DNA from: a virus
Lineage: Duplodnaviria > Caudoviricetes
DNA: 61,400 bases
IMG/VR virus record: IMGVR_UViG_3300043414_000472
Location: 1-61,400 of that record
Strand: one strand, 5' to 3'
Shown: piece by piece, positions 20,207 through 28,539 of the stretch
Numbering within the stretch: position 1 is the first letter of the stretch
Layout of the letters: each line of letters starts with the position of its first letter
The notes under the pieces: model-generated
Seen by the model: only the letters and a program-made list of their open reading frames with translations
Told to the model about the DNA's origin: nothing
Databases searched by the model: none
Made by a program: the position numbers and the translations under genes

Positions 20207-20261
20207 GAAAATAATTTGAAATTTTTCTTGCGCTTCGCACGCAAAAGAACTATGACTGATT

Positions 20262-20350
20262 CCGTTGGTGCTGTTGTGGGCGTGGCCCGTCCCACAACGT
20301 GAAAGGCTCCATGCGGATTCCAAATCAGCAGAAAGTCAACGGGCCGCCAC
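20262..20350 (+). ncRNA. Candidate structured RNA / 5' leader
   Basis: Follows TTGCGC-17-TATGAC; stems CCGTTG/CAACGG, TGCTG/CAGCA, GTTGTGGG/CCCACAAC; loop complementary to 20339-20347. Confidence 0.35.
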
Positions 20351-20362
20351 TCTACTAAAACT

Positions 20363-20554
20363 ATGAACACAAATATACAACAAATACAAATCTTCTCAGA
20401 AAACCGCGAATATCCCAACGAGCTAATTATTGATATAGACGGCACAAAACCAACCTGCCCAATTACGTTTTACAGTGCTGGTATTCCAGTATTCTCGTTA
20501 GCGTCGTATGAGGTCGATCAATTCTGCGAAGAGCTACAAAAATTAGTACCATGA
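20363..20554 (+). CDS. Hypothetical protein
   Basis: ORF coupled to the next gene. Confidence 0.55.
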   Translation: MNTNIQQIQIFSENREYPNELIIDIDGTKPTCPITFYSAGIPVFSLASYEVDQFCEELQKLVP

Positions 20555-20832
20555 ACAAAGAAAACGCATACTTATATCTTCCGCTTGTGCAAGCACTAAC
20601 TGAGGGGAAAACAGTACAATTTGAATATGCAAAAGATATTTGGAAGAGTTTTGTGAATTTAGAATTCACTCACTCACCAGAAAAATACCGTATCAAGCCA
20701 GAACCATCTCGCACGTTTAAGATGTGGTTTTATAAACCAACAGGACGAATGTATCCGTGGGTTGAAGGTGAAAAACAATATGTAGAATCCGACGAATGGG
20801 AACGCATAACCGTGCAGGAGGTGCTGGAATGA
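20551..20832 (+). CDS. Hypothetical phage protein (LPLVQAxxEGKTVQ...YRIKPEP family)
   Basis: Recurrent small phage family motif. Confidence 0.65.
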   Translation: MNKENAYLYLPLVQALTEGKTVQFEYAKDIWKSFVNLEFTHSPEKYRIKPEPSRTFKMWFYKPTGRMYPWVEGEKQYVESDEWERITVQEVLE

Positions 20833-21083
20833 GTGCGACAATTTGCAGACACAATCGGCCAACTGACATATGTGGGTTGTGTAACCCAATAACCAAAATA
20901 GCTGCACCAGAAACAGACGAAACTTTTGGATACTATGTAAAATCCGAACTAACGGCAGCTATTGCCGAACGCGATACCGCCATTGCCGAACGCGATGCAG
21001 CTATTGCTGACCTAAATATACTCTGCGATAAAGTGCTTGAATTAAATACACTGCTACAAAAACACGAAAACCAAAATGACTGA
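20829..21083 (+). CDS. Hypothetical coiled-coil protein (AIAERD repeats)
   Basis: ORF with ATGA overlap. Confidence 0.55.
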   Translation: MSATICRHNRPTDICGLCNPITKIAAPETDETFGYYVKSELTAAIAERDTAIAERDAAIADLNILCDKVLELNTLLQKHENQND

Positions 21084-21369
21084 CACACCAGAAACCGATG
21101 CAATGAACGATGCAAGAAATGGACTAATTACGGATTCATGGTTCCATTATTCCGTCAACCATATGAAAATGTTGAAGTTTCTTCGCGAACTTGAACGCGA
21201 GCGCAACGCCGATAGGGCGCGACTCGACTGGCTGTGCCAAACGGAATACTGGTTCGACACAGATGGAGCAGAGGAATGGACTCCAGAATCATTCCGCGCT
21301 GCCATAGACAAAGGCATGGCTGAAGAACCACATATCATGACCAACCAACTAACCAACCAAAATGACTGA
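21076..21369 (+). CDS. Hypothetical protein (MxDTPETD family)
   Basis: DTPETD...LERER; paralog of 22217-22477. Confidence 0.65.
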   Translation: MTDTPETDAMNDARNGLITDSWFHYSVNHMKMLKFLRELERERNADRARLDWLCQTEYWFDTDGAEEWTPESFRAAIDKGMAEEPHIMTNQLTNQND

Positions 21370-21628
21370 CTATTGTCTAACTACGCCTTGTTCGCTTTTT
21401 CAAACCACATGGGAAGCTCGCAACGGCAAAATGGAACCAGTAAAAACTCACGATCTTTTCGTGTGGGCTTGCATAAACACGAAAACAGGAGAAGTCGAAA
21501 TGACGGAAATCCGTGCTCATGAAGATGAACTCGACAAGAACCTTGTAGAAGGATGGGAATGGAGACGCTTCTTACTAATTGAGGATAACTCTCCACCTGC
21601 CACTATCTCAACCAACCAACCAAAATGA
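21362..21628 (+). CDS. Hypothetical protein
   Basis: Starts at the conserved AACCAAAATGACTGAC junction. Confidence 0.6.
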   Translation: MTDYCLTTPCSLFQTTWEARNGKMEPVKTHDLFVWACINTKTGEVEMTEIRAHEDELDKNLVEGWEWRRFLLIEDNSPPATISTNQPK

Positions 21629-21903
21629 CTGACGAACAAATCAACCAACGGATCGCGAAAGCTACAAAATGGAAATCTAAAACGATAGGTCCATCATGGT
21701 ACGAGTATGAAACCAAAATGCCAAACTGGGCAGGATGCCTCAACGCCATGCATGAGGCTGAGAATAATCTAGACTTTGATCAATGGCATAAATACGCATC
21801 ACTTATAGGACGGCATGATTACAAGTTATTGGTTAATGCAAACGCTCGCCAGAAAGCAGAAGCATTTCTAAAGACACTTGGGAAATGGGAGGATGAAGCA
21901 TGA
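21625..21903 (+). CDS. Hypothetical protein (MTDEQIN...CLNAMHEAE family)
   Basis: Paralog of 21900-22220. Confidence 0.7.
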   Translation: MTDEQINQRIAKATKWKSKTIGPSWYEYETKMPNWAGCLNAMHEAENNLDFDQWHKYASLIGRHDYKLLVNANARQKAEAFLKTLGKWEDEA

Positions 21904-22220
21904 CTGACAAACAAATCAACAAAGCAGTTGTAGTACTGCGCGGCTGGAGATTCGTAGAGGATAATCCCTATTACGAACCGTATTGGGAAGACCCTAAGGG
22001 CAATATGCTTTCGGCATATTTAGACTGGTTCCCCAACTATGCAGGATGCCTTAACGCCATGCATGATGCTGAAGAGTGGCTTATGCGTGAAGATCTGCAC
22101 GCTTATGGATGCTATGTCGTCAACCTATATGATAAACATAGTAATGTCATCCACGTTACTGCCCGCATGAAAGCAGAAGAATTCTTAAAGGTACTTGGGG
22201 AGTGGGAGGAGGAAGCATGA
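21900..22220 (+). CDS. Hypothetical protein (MTDKQIN...CLNAMHDAE family)
   Basis: Paralog of 21625-21903. Confidence 0.7.
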   Translation: MTDKQINKAVVVLRGWRFVEDNPYYEPYWEDPKGNMLSAYLDWFPNYAGCLNAMHDAEEWLMREDLHAYGCYVVNLYDKHSNVIHVTARMKAEEFLKVLGEWEEEA

Positions 22221-22477
22221 GCGATACACCAGAAACTGATAAGCTAGTAAGAACATATCTCACGGTAATTGGCACAGATGCCATAGGGATGGCTTCTAAG
22301 CTAACATTGAAATGCGAAAAACTAGAACGCGAACGCGATGGACTATTAAAAAATCTTAATGTATTAGCCTACTGGCGAGATATTTCCGAATGCGATTGCA
22401 ACGATCCACTTCCAAACGGAGGGTGCTTGCGGTGTGATTTGGATAATGTATTTAATACAACCAACCAAAATGACTGA
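22217..22477 (+). CDS. Hypothetical protein (MSDTPETD family) with C-terminal CxC...CxxC
   Basis: Paralog of 21076-21369. Confidence 0.65.
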   Translation: MSDTPETDKLVRTYLTVIGTDAIGMASKLTLKCEKLERERDGLLKNLNVLAYWRDISECDCNDPLPNGGCLRCDLDNVFNTTNQND

Positions 22478-22769
22478 CGAACAAACCAACAAAGCAATCG
22501 CGGAAACAGATGCAACTATTGCTAAAGCAGCAAATCGGCTCGATGAAATACATATTTCGGAAAGCCTAAAAGAGCATTTATATTTTGAAAGGGAAATGCA
22601 AGATATGCTGCTTGAAAGGTTAGAGAAAACGCAAGAGCGCATGATAACCGCAGAACGTATCTGCAACAAGATTTACATTGCACGAAACATCACGCTTTCG
22701 GAGGAATCAATGCTTTCAGCACTTGCTGAAATCGACAAAACTTACCGAACACAAAACGATGGAAACTAA
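22470..22769 (+). CDS. Hypothetical coiled-coil protein
   Basis: Starts MTDEQTNK at the conserved junction. Confidence 0.6.
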   Translation: MTDEQTNKAIAETDATIAKAANRLDEIHISESLKEHLYFEREMQDMLLERLEKTQERMITAERICNKIYIARNITLSEESMLSALAEIDKTYRTQNDGN

Positions 22770-23117
22770 ATGAGAACCGTAAAAGAAGAACAATTACAAA
22801 AGGACGTGAAAGTTTGGAAATCAAGAGCGGAAGCACATGAAGAAAACTACTTGCAGATGCTCAAGCGTATTGACGATGTTATTGCAGAACGTGATGAGGC
22901 AACACGATCCTGCCATATCTGGCAAAAGGGTCACTCAGATATTGTTGCGGAACGTGACCTTTGGAAACTTGAAGCGACTCGTTGGCGCGATATGTATTTG
23001 GAGTACGACGAAATGCTGGAGGGACAGGTTCAGGAAGCTGTGGATCGGCTTAACAAAGTTTGGGAAGATCTGGATAAGCTCAAGAAGAAAGTACAGGATG
23101 ATCTACGGGAAGACTAA
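22770..23117 (+). CDS. Hypothetical coiled-coil protein
   Basis: AERD repeats; adjacent ORF. Confidence 0.6.
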   Translation: MRTVKEEQLQKDVKVWKSRAEAHEENYLQMLKRIDDVIAERDEATRSCHIWQKGHSDIVAERDLWKLEATRWRDMYLEYDEMLEGQVQEAVDRLNKVWEDLDKLKKKVQDDLRED

Positions 23118-23328
23118 GTTGCAGTGGTGCAGACGCTGCCAGCAAGACAAACCAGTACGCGAGTTCTATGAAAGCCACCGCACGCGCTGTATGCGCTGCA
23201 TGAGCGAGTGCGCCAAAGAACGCCTATCCGATCCTGTAAAACGGCAGCAGCAACGTGATCGATGCAAGAAGAACTACTACGAAAAGAAAGATGAAAACAC
23301 TATTCCCGAAACAAAGAAAGTCCGTTGA
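23098..23328 (+). CDS. Small Zn-finger protein (CRRC...EFY...CMRC)
   Basis: Resembles the N-terminal Zn finger of phage HNH/EndoVII proteins. Confidence 0.5.
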   Translation: MIYGKTKLQWCRRCQQDKPVREFYESHRTRCMRCMSECAKERLSDPVKRQQQRDRCKKNYYEKKDENTIPETKKVR

Positions 23329-24589
23329 CTCTCTAAAAGAAGCCTTACGCGTTTATAACGGTGCACTTGATTCAAGCCAAACAGGTGTAGGCAAGACTGT
23401 TATTGCCAGTTATGTAGCCTTAGAGTTTGGCAGACCTGTTGCTGTAGTATGCCCAAAGATTGTTATCCCGCATTGGGAGCGTGAACTTGCAGAGGTTGGA
23501 GTCACACCGATCTTTATTTCAAACTACGAGAAATTAAAGAGAGGCAACAACCATATTATTAAAGCTGCCAAGAAACTTTTCCGTTGGACGCTGCCAGAAG
23601 GAACACTGATTATTTGGGACGAGTGTCACAAGTGCAAGTCCCCGTATAGTCAGAACTCACAGATGCTCGTTGCAGCAAGACAAGCTGGATACTGCAATCT
23701 ATTACTTTCTGCCACAGCTTGCCAAGACCCTACAGAGATGCGGTCTTTAGGTTTCGCTTTAGGGATACATTCACTGAACAGACCTGAAGGATCAAAGAAG
23801 AGTTGGTTCTCGTGGATGATGCAATATGGATGCAAGAGAGATCCGTGGAACAATTGGGTAGCTGGACCTGTACCAAAATTGGTACACCTTAACCAAGAAC
23901 TCTACTCTAAGAATTGTGTTAAGCTCACACCTAAGGACTTGCCCAATGCCTTTACGGACAATCAAGTCATCACAGAACCACTTGCTTTCTCCTCGCTCAC
24001 GGACATTGCTCGCTTCTACAAGCAACACGGAGTTACTCCTGAAATCGTGGAACAGTTCCTTGAGGACGGTGGAGCGTCACCGCATATCCTTGTGGAGATC
24101 TTGCGTGCGAGACAGCTTGCTGAAGCTGCTAAAGTGCCAGATATTCTTGACATGATTACAGACGCTTGTGCTGAAGGGTATAGCGTAGCTGTCTTCGTCA
24201 ACTTTACCGACACCGTCAAAGCCCTTGCTGATACGCTCACGCACGCATCCGTTATCGTCGGAGGTCAAAGTTCTATGGTGAGGGAGGATAACGTACAGAG
24301 ATTCCAAACGAACCAAACGAACGTGATCATCTGCAATATCGCAGCAGGAGGAGTCGGTGTTTCACTTCACGATACGGAAGGTGGGCATCCGAGAATGAGT
24401 TTGATTTCGCCGACATTTAACGTGAAAGACTACATTCAGACCTTAGGTAGAGTACATCGTGCAGGCGCAAAAAGCCCTGTAGTTCAACGAGTTCTGATTG
24501 CTTCAAAAACTATTGAAGAAAAAATCGTTGACAAGTTGGAAAAAAAGCGATTGGCTATGGACACATTACACAAGAAACCGACACCATGA
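23291..24589 (+). CDS. SF2 (SNF2-like) DNA helicase
   Basis: QTGVGKT, WDECH, LSAT, GGVGVSL, QTLGRVHR. Confidence 0.9.
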   Translation: MKTLFPKQRKSVDSLKEALRVYNGALDSSQTGVGKTVIASYVALEFGRPVAVVCPKIVIPHWERELAEVGVTPIFISNYEKLKRGNNHIIKAAKKLFRWTLPEGTLIIWDECHKCKSPYSQNSQMLVAARQAGYCNLLLSATACQDPTEMRSLGFALGIHSLNRPEGSKKSWFSWMMQYGCKRDPWNNWVAGPVPKLVHLNQELYSKNCVKLTPKDLPNAFTDNQVITEPLAFSSLTDIARFYKQHGVTPEIVEQFLEDGGASPHILVEILRARQLAEAAKVPDILDMITDACAEGYSVAVFVNFTDTVKALADTLTHASVIVGGQSSMVREDNVQRFQTNQTNVIICNIAAGGVGVSLHDTEGGHPRMSLISPTFNVKDYIQTLGRVHRAGAKSPVVQRVLIASKTIEEKIVDKLEKKRLAMDTLHKKPTP

Positions 24590-25725
24590 ATATCGAAACC
24601 GTAGACCACTCCGAACGAGCACACGCTGAGTTCGGCCCATCATCACTAAAGTACTTCTCAATCTGTGCTGGATACCACGGCAAGGAAGGGACTAACGCCG
24701 CTGCCGAAATGGGCACGCGTATCCATGAAGCACTTGAGGTGCGCGACACTTCTGCACTGCATAGTGAGGAGGAAGTTCAGATCTATGAGCGTATGCTTGC
24801 AGAGGAGATTGAGACTTTTGACAACGTCTTTGGTGGGGTCGAAGGAGTCACGATCAAGCGGGAGATGCGCCTAACCCTTGAGCTTGATTGCAAAACCCCA
24901 ACCTTTGGTACATCAGACATCGTCGCATGGAAAGACAGTATCGGCTTACAGATTGACTACAAGACTGGCATCAGTAAGATCGATCCGCCGAACAAGAATT
25001 GGCAGAGCAAAGCCTACGTGCTTGCAACCTTCCAGATGTTCCCACATTTGGAGACAATTCACTTTGCCTTCTTAGTCCCTAAGCGAGACGAGATTCTTAT
25101 TGGTAAGTTTGAGCGCAGCGAGATGGATCAGCTCCGCAAAGAGATCTCTGACGTTATCATCGCCGCTGAGACGACTCGCCCAAAGTGGGGTAATAAGACG
25201 ATTGATCTTGACGATCTGAATCCTTCAGTCAACTGCCGCTTCTGTCAGCACGAAGAACACTGTCCTGCATTGGGCGCAGTTGCAGTTGAAGTTGCTCGAC
25301 GTTATCGTCCTGACCTATTGCCAGATGGTCCTATTGCTTCAGGCGAGATTGACGATACGGAGACTATTGAGAAACTCTACATTGTAGCTAAGATCGTAGA
25401 GAACTGGGCATCAGGTATCAAGCATAAGGCTACAGGAATGGCTCACGATGGCATCGAGTTTGAGTCACTTCGACTTAAGTCAATGGGTGCGCTGAAGAAG
25501 ACTAAGGAGAAAAACTATCTCGCACAGCTTGCAGTACGCCACGGATTGGACTTGACGGAAGTCATCGAAGCTGCTGACTTGACACTTAATCAACTCTCTA
25601 AGGTCTTGCACGAAAAAGCTCCGAAAGGAAAAAAATCTTTTATCGTTGACAGCTTTGAAAAAGAAGCTATTGATCTTGGCATCGTTGAGGTTGGGCCGAC
25701 GCGATACACACTTTCCTCCAAATGA
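24586..25725 (+). CDS. PD-(D/E)xK Cas4-like exonuclease (DUF2800-like)
   Basis: HA.FGPSS....C, GT.IH, FGTSD, IDYKTG, Q...Y, CRFC...C. Confidence 0.85.
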   Translation: MNIETVDHSERAHAEFGPSSLKYFSICAGYHGKEGTNAAAEMGTRIHEALEVRDTSALHSEEEVQIYERMLAEEIETFDNVFGGVEGVTIKREMRLTLELDCKTPTFGTSDIVAWKDSIGLQIDYKTGISKIDPPNKNWQSKAYVLATFQMFPHLETIHFAFLVPKRDEILIGKFERSEMDQLRKEISDVIIAAETTRPKWGNKTIDLDDLNPSVNCRFCQHEEHCPALGAVAVEVARRYRPDLLPDGPIASGEIDDTETIEKLYIVAKIVENWASGIKHKATGMAHDGIEFESLRLKSMGALKKTKEKNYLAQLAVRHGLDLTEVIEAADLTLNQLSKVLHEKAPKGKKSFIVDSFEKEAIDLGIVEVGPTRYTLSSK

Positions 25726-25799
25726 GGAGAACGGGAGTTATGGTTGTCCCCGCTAGTAAGCATACGCAACAACCAATCGTAAACCAGAAAACAGAAACC

Positions 25800-26462
25800 A
25801 TGAGCAGTAAAAAAGAAAGCACCGACGTGCAAGTTGCAGAAACCGAAACATTGGCAGTCGCACCGACTAACAATAGCCTTGCGTTCTCTACGCAAGACAT
25901 CGACATCCCTCGCCTCAACGTCATCCAAAAGATGTCGGAGATCAAGGGACCAATCGGAGCAGTGGTCATCGACCAAGACTCCGTACTCCTTGAAGCTGAA
26001 CAGAAAGCTCCAGTCATCGTGATTGGTGCCGTCAAGAAGTGGAAAGAGAACGTACCATTCGGTGAAGACTATATCCCAAAGATTGTGTCTTCAGAAGCCG
26101 AAGCTAAGGACATTGCTGCTGATAGCAACTACGAAGTAATCGAGTTCGCTGAAATTGTACTCCTGATCCCACAGACAGGTGACGACGATAGCCTATTCCC
26201 TTACCCAATCGGAGATACCAATTATCAGATTGGTCGTATCACCGTTCAGAAGGATGCGTACCGCTTGACCTACAAGCGTCTATTCACCTTCCAGACGTTC
26301 AATCCCGCAATCTCAGTTGCTACCCGCTTCTGGAACTTCGGTACTGAACTTATGTCGAAAGGCAAGTATAGCTGGTATGTACCAACGCTTGCCATCACGA
26401 AGAGCGAAGTGCCTGCTGACGCTATTGAGTTCGCTAACCGCCTAACGAAAGGATCAAACTAA
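25800..26462 (+). CDS. Putative ssDNA-binding/annealing protein
   Basis: DIDIPRLNVIQ...KGKYSWYVP; lies between exonuclease and polymerase. Confidence 0.5.
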   Translation: MSSKKESTDVQVAETETLAVAPTNNSLAFSTQDIDIPRLNVIQKMSEIKGPIGAVVIDQDSVLLEAEQKAPVIVIGAVKKWKENVPFGEDYIPKIVSSEAEAKDIAADSNYEVIEFAEIVLLIPQTGDDDSLFPYPIGDTNYQIGRITVQKDAYRLTYKRLFTFQTFNPAISVATRFWNFGTELMSKGKYSWYVPTLAITKSEVPADAIEFANRLTKGSN

Positions 26463-26695
26463 TGGAAGCTCTACCTAATCCACTGTCGGTCCTTAAGCGT
26501 GAAGCCGATTCAATTCGTGCAGTCCTGAAGACTATCGACGAAAACATCAAGGATTTGAACTCTCAGATCGAGGAGGTTCAATTTCAAAAGTCATCGTTGC
26601 AGCTTGTCGTTCAGGCAATCGATAACGAGATGGATCGAATCCGTATTGCCAACCCAATTATTGAGCAGTTGGAGTTTGAACTAGATCCTGAGTAA
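26462..26695 (+). CDS. Hypothetical coiled-coil protein
   Basis: TAATG coupling; heptad pattern. Confidence 0.6.
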   Translation: MEALPNPLSVLKREADSIRAVLKTIDENIKDLNSQIEEVQFQKSSLQLVVQAIDNEMDRIRIANPIIEQLEFELDPE

Positions 26696-26704
26696 CCCTA
26701 CCCC

Positions 26705-26745
26705 AACCTCACACGCTACACTCATTCAGTGTAGTGTGTGGGGTT
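26705..26745 (+). other. Long stem-loop upstream of the polymerase (attenuator or processing site)
   Basis: AACCTCACACGCTACACT-CATTC-AGTGTAGTGTGTGGGGTT. Confidence 0.5.
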
Positions 26746-26766
26746 CCTTTATGCCCACATACTAAA

Positions 26767-28539
26767 ATGAAAACTTACGCCCTCGATTGGGAATCTTACT
26801 ACGATGGAGAATGCTCCATCACAACCCTTGGCCCTAGAGGATATTTCTCTCATCCTCAGTTCGATGCCTACATGATAACTATTGCTGGAGATGACGGGTT
26901 CCGTTTCGCTGGACACCCCGACGATTTCGACTTTTCGATACTTACGGGCAATCGTGTGTTGTCCCACAACGCATCGTTCGACGAAAGCCTCTACCTATAC
27001 GGTGTGGAGATGGGCTGGTTTGAGTCGTGCAGTCCTGCTGAATGGCATTGCACCGCTGACATGACCGCCTTCTTAGGCTTGCCGAGATCCCTGAAGAACG
27101 CTACTGCCGCAGTCTTCGGCACTGAGATTACGAAGACAACTCGTGACAACATGAAGGGCAAGCAATGGGCTAACATGACCGATGACTTCAAGAAAGAGGT
27201 CACGGAGTACGCCATTAAGGACGCTGAACTTTGCTTAAGATTATGGCAAGAGTTGTCAGACAGATGGTCTGAGACCGAACGTAAGATCAGTCACCTGAAC
27301 CGAAAGGTGGGTCAGCGTGGATTGCCGATTGATACTGATCTGCTTCAGAAGAACCTGAGCCAAATCAAAACAGAACTATTTGAGGCGGAGCAAAGCATTC
27401 CGTGGATCGCGGACTACACTCCGTTATCACGCAAAGCGTTCAACGAACAGTGCCGCAAGCAAGGGATTGAGCCACCAGCATCACTTGCACAAGATAGCGA
27501 TGAAGCTGACAAGTGGTTTGCTGCCCATCAGCAAGCCTGTCCTTGGGCGCGTGCTGTGCAAAGCTATCGCCGTATCAATGCATTTCTTCGTAAGCTAGAG
27601 GCTTTCGATGCAGGAACGATGCCAGACGGCAGGTACTATGGCGGTCTCATGTACTGCGGTGCAAACCCTACGGCTCGCTTCAGCGGCAGTGGCGGTAATC
27701 TAAACCTTCAGAATTTGCCTCGTGATCCTATGTTCGGTGTAAACTTTCGCCACATGATCAAGCCAAAGGACGGCTACAAGCTGATCGTAGCTGACCTTTC
27801 GCAGATCGAAGTGCGTACGCTTTGCTGGCTCGCCAAAGATCAGAAAGCCCTTGAACTTATCCGTGAGTCGGAGGATATCTACCATGCATTCGGTGTGTTG
27901 TTAGGTCTGCATGATCCCGCTTACGGGCAACTTAAAGACTACAGCAAGGAGCTAAGACAAAAGGTTAAGGCAATCGTGTTGGGCTGCGGCTACGGGATGG
28001 GACCAAACAAGTTCTCTGGATTCGCCAATATGCCTATGCTAGAAGCCGAAGTATCCGTAAAGACCTATCGTGAAAGGATGTCGTCTGTCGTCAAGTACTG
28101 GCGTAGCCTCGATCAGGATATGGCTATGGCTTACACCTTAGGTGAGCCGTTTGAGCTAGAGCTTCCTTCTGGCAGGTCGATGCGCTATGGCACGCTGAAG
28201 CGAATGAAAGAATTGGGACAAACCAATCGTTTCCGCTATATCGGCAAGCTAGTCCGCAACGGACAGATGCGAGACTTTGCAATCTGGGGCGGCATCCTTA
28301 CGGAAAACTGCTCTCAGGCATTGGCACGAGACATTTTCTCCGATATGATGATTCGTGTTGACGCTGCTGGCTATCCTGTAATTCTCCATGTCCATGACGA
28401 AATGGTCTGCGAGGTTCCTGAAGAACACGCAGAGCAAGCACTCGCTGACATCCTTGGCATTATGCACACAGCACCGTCATGGATTCCTGACATTCCAGTT
28501 GCCGCTGAAGGGCACATCTTAGATCTCTACTCCAAATGA
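26767..28539 (+). CDS. polA: Family A DNA polymerase with 3'-5' exonuclease
   Basis: ExoI DWE, HNASFD, YAIKDA; TARFS..NLQN; motif A DLSQIE; motif B RQKVKAIVLGCGYG; motif C VHDE. Confidence 0.93.
   Translation: MKTYALDWESYYDGECSITTLGPRGYFSHPQFDAYMITIAGDDGFRFAGHPDDFDFSILTGNRVLSHNASFDESLYLYGVEMGWFESCSPAEWHCTADMTAFLGLPRSLKNATAAVFGTEITKTTRDNMKGKQWANMTDDFKKEVTEYAIKDAELCLRLWQELSDRWSETERKISHLNRKVGQRGLPIDTDLLQKNLSQIKTELFEAEQSIPWIADYTPLSRKAFNEQCRKQGIEPPASLAQDSDEADKWFAAHQQACPWARAVQSYRRINAFLRKLEAFDAGTMPDGRYYGGLMYCGANPTARFSGSGGNLNLQNLPRDPMFGVNFRHMIKPKDGYKLIVADLSQIEVRTLCWLAKDQKALELIRESEDIYHAFGVLLGLHDPAYGQLKDYSKELRQKVKAIVLGCGYGMGPNKFSGFANMPMLEAEVSVKTYRERMSSVVKYWRSLDQDMAMAYTLGEPFELELPSGRSMRYGTLKRMKELGQTNRFRYIGKLVRNGQMRDFAIWGGILTENCSQALARDIFSDMMIRVDAAGYPVILHVHDEMVCEVPEEHAEQALADILGIMHTAPSWIPDIPVAAEGHILDLYSK

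Noticed and set aside
20312-20329. GCGGA-TTCCAAA-TCAGC as a tRNA-Trp anticodon arm
   Set aside because: No D arm, T loop or acceptor stem in register
24586-25725. Cas4-like gene as a CRISPR component
   Set aside because: Ordinary phage DUF2800-type nuclease in a replication module
18853-28539. Z-genome (2-aminoadenine) system
   Set aside because: No PurZ or DatZ recognised; DUF5664 plus PolA alone is insufficient
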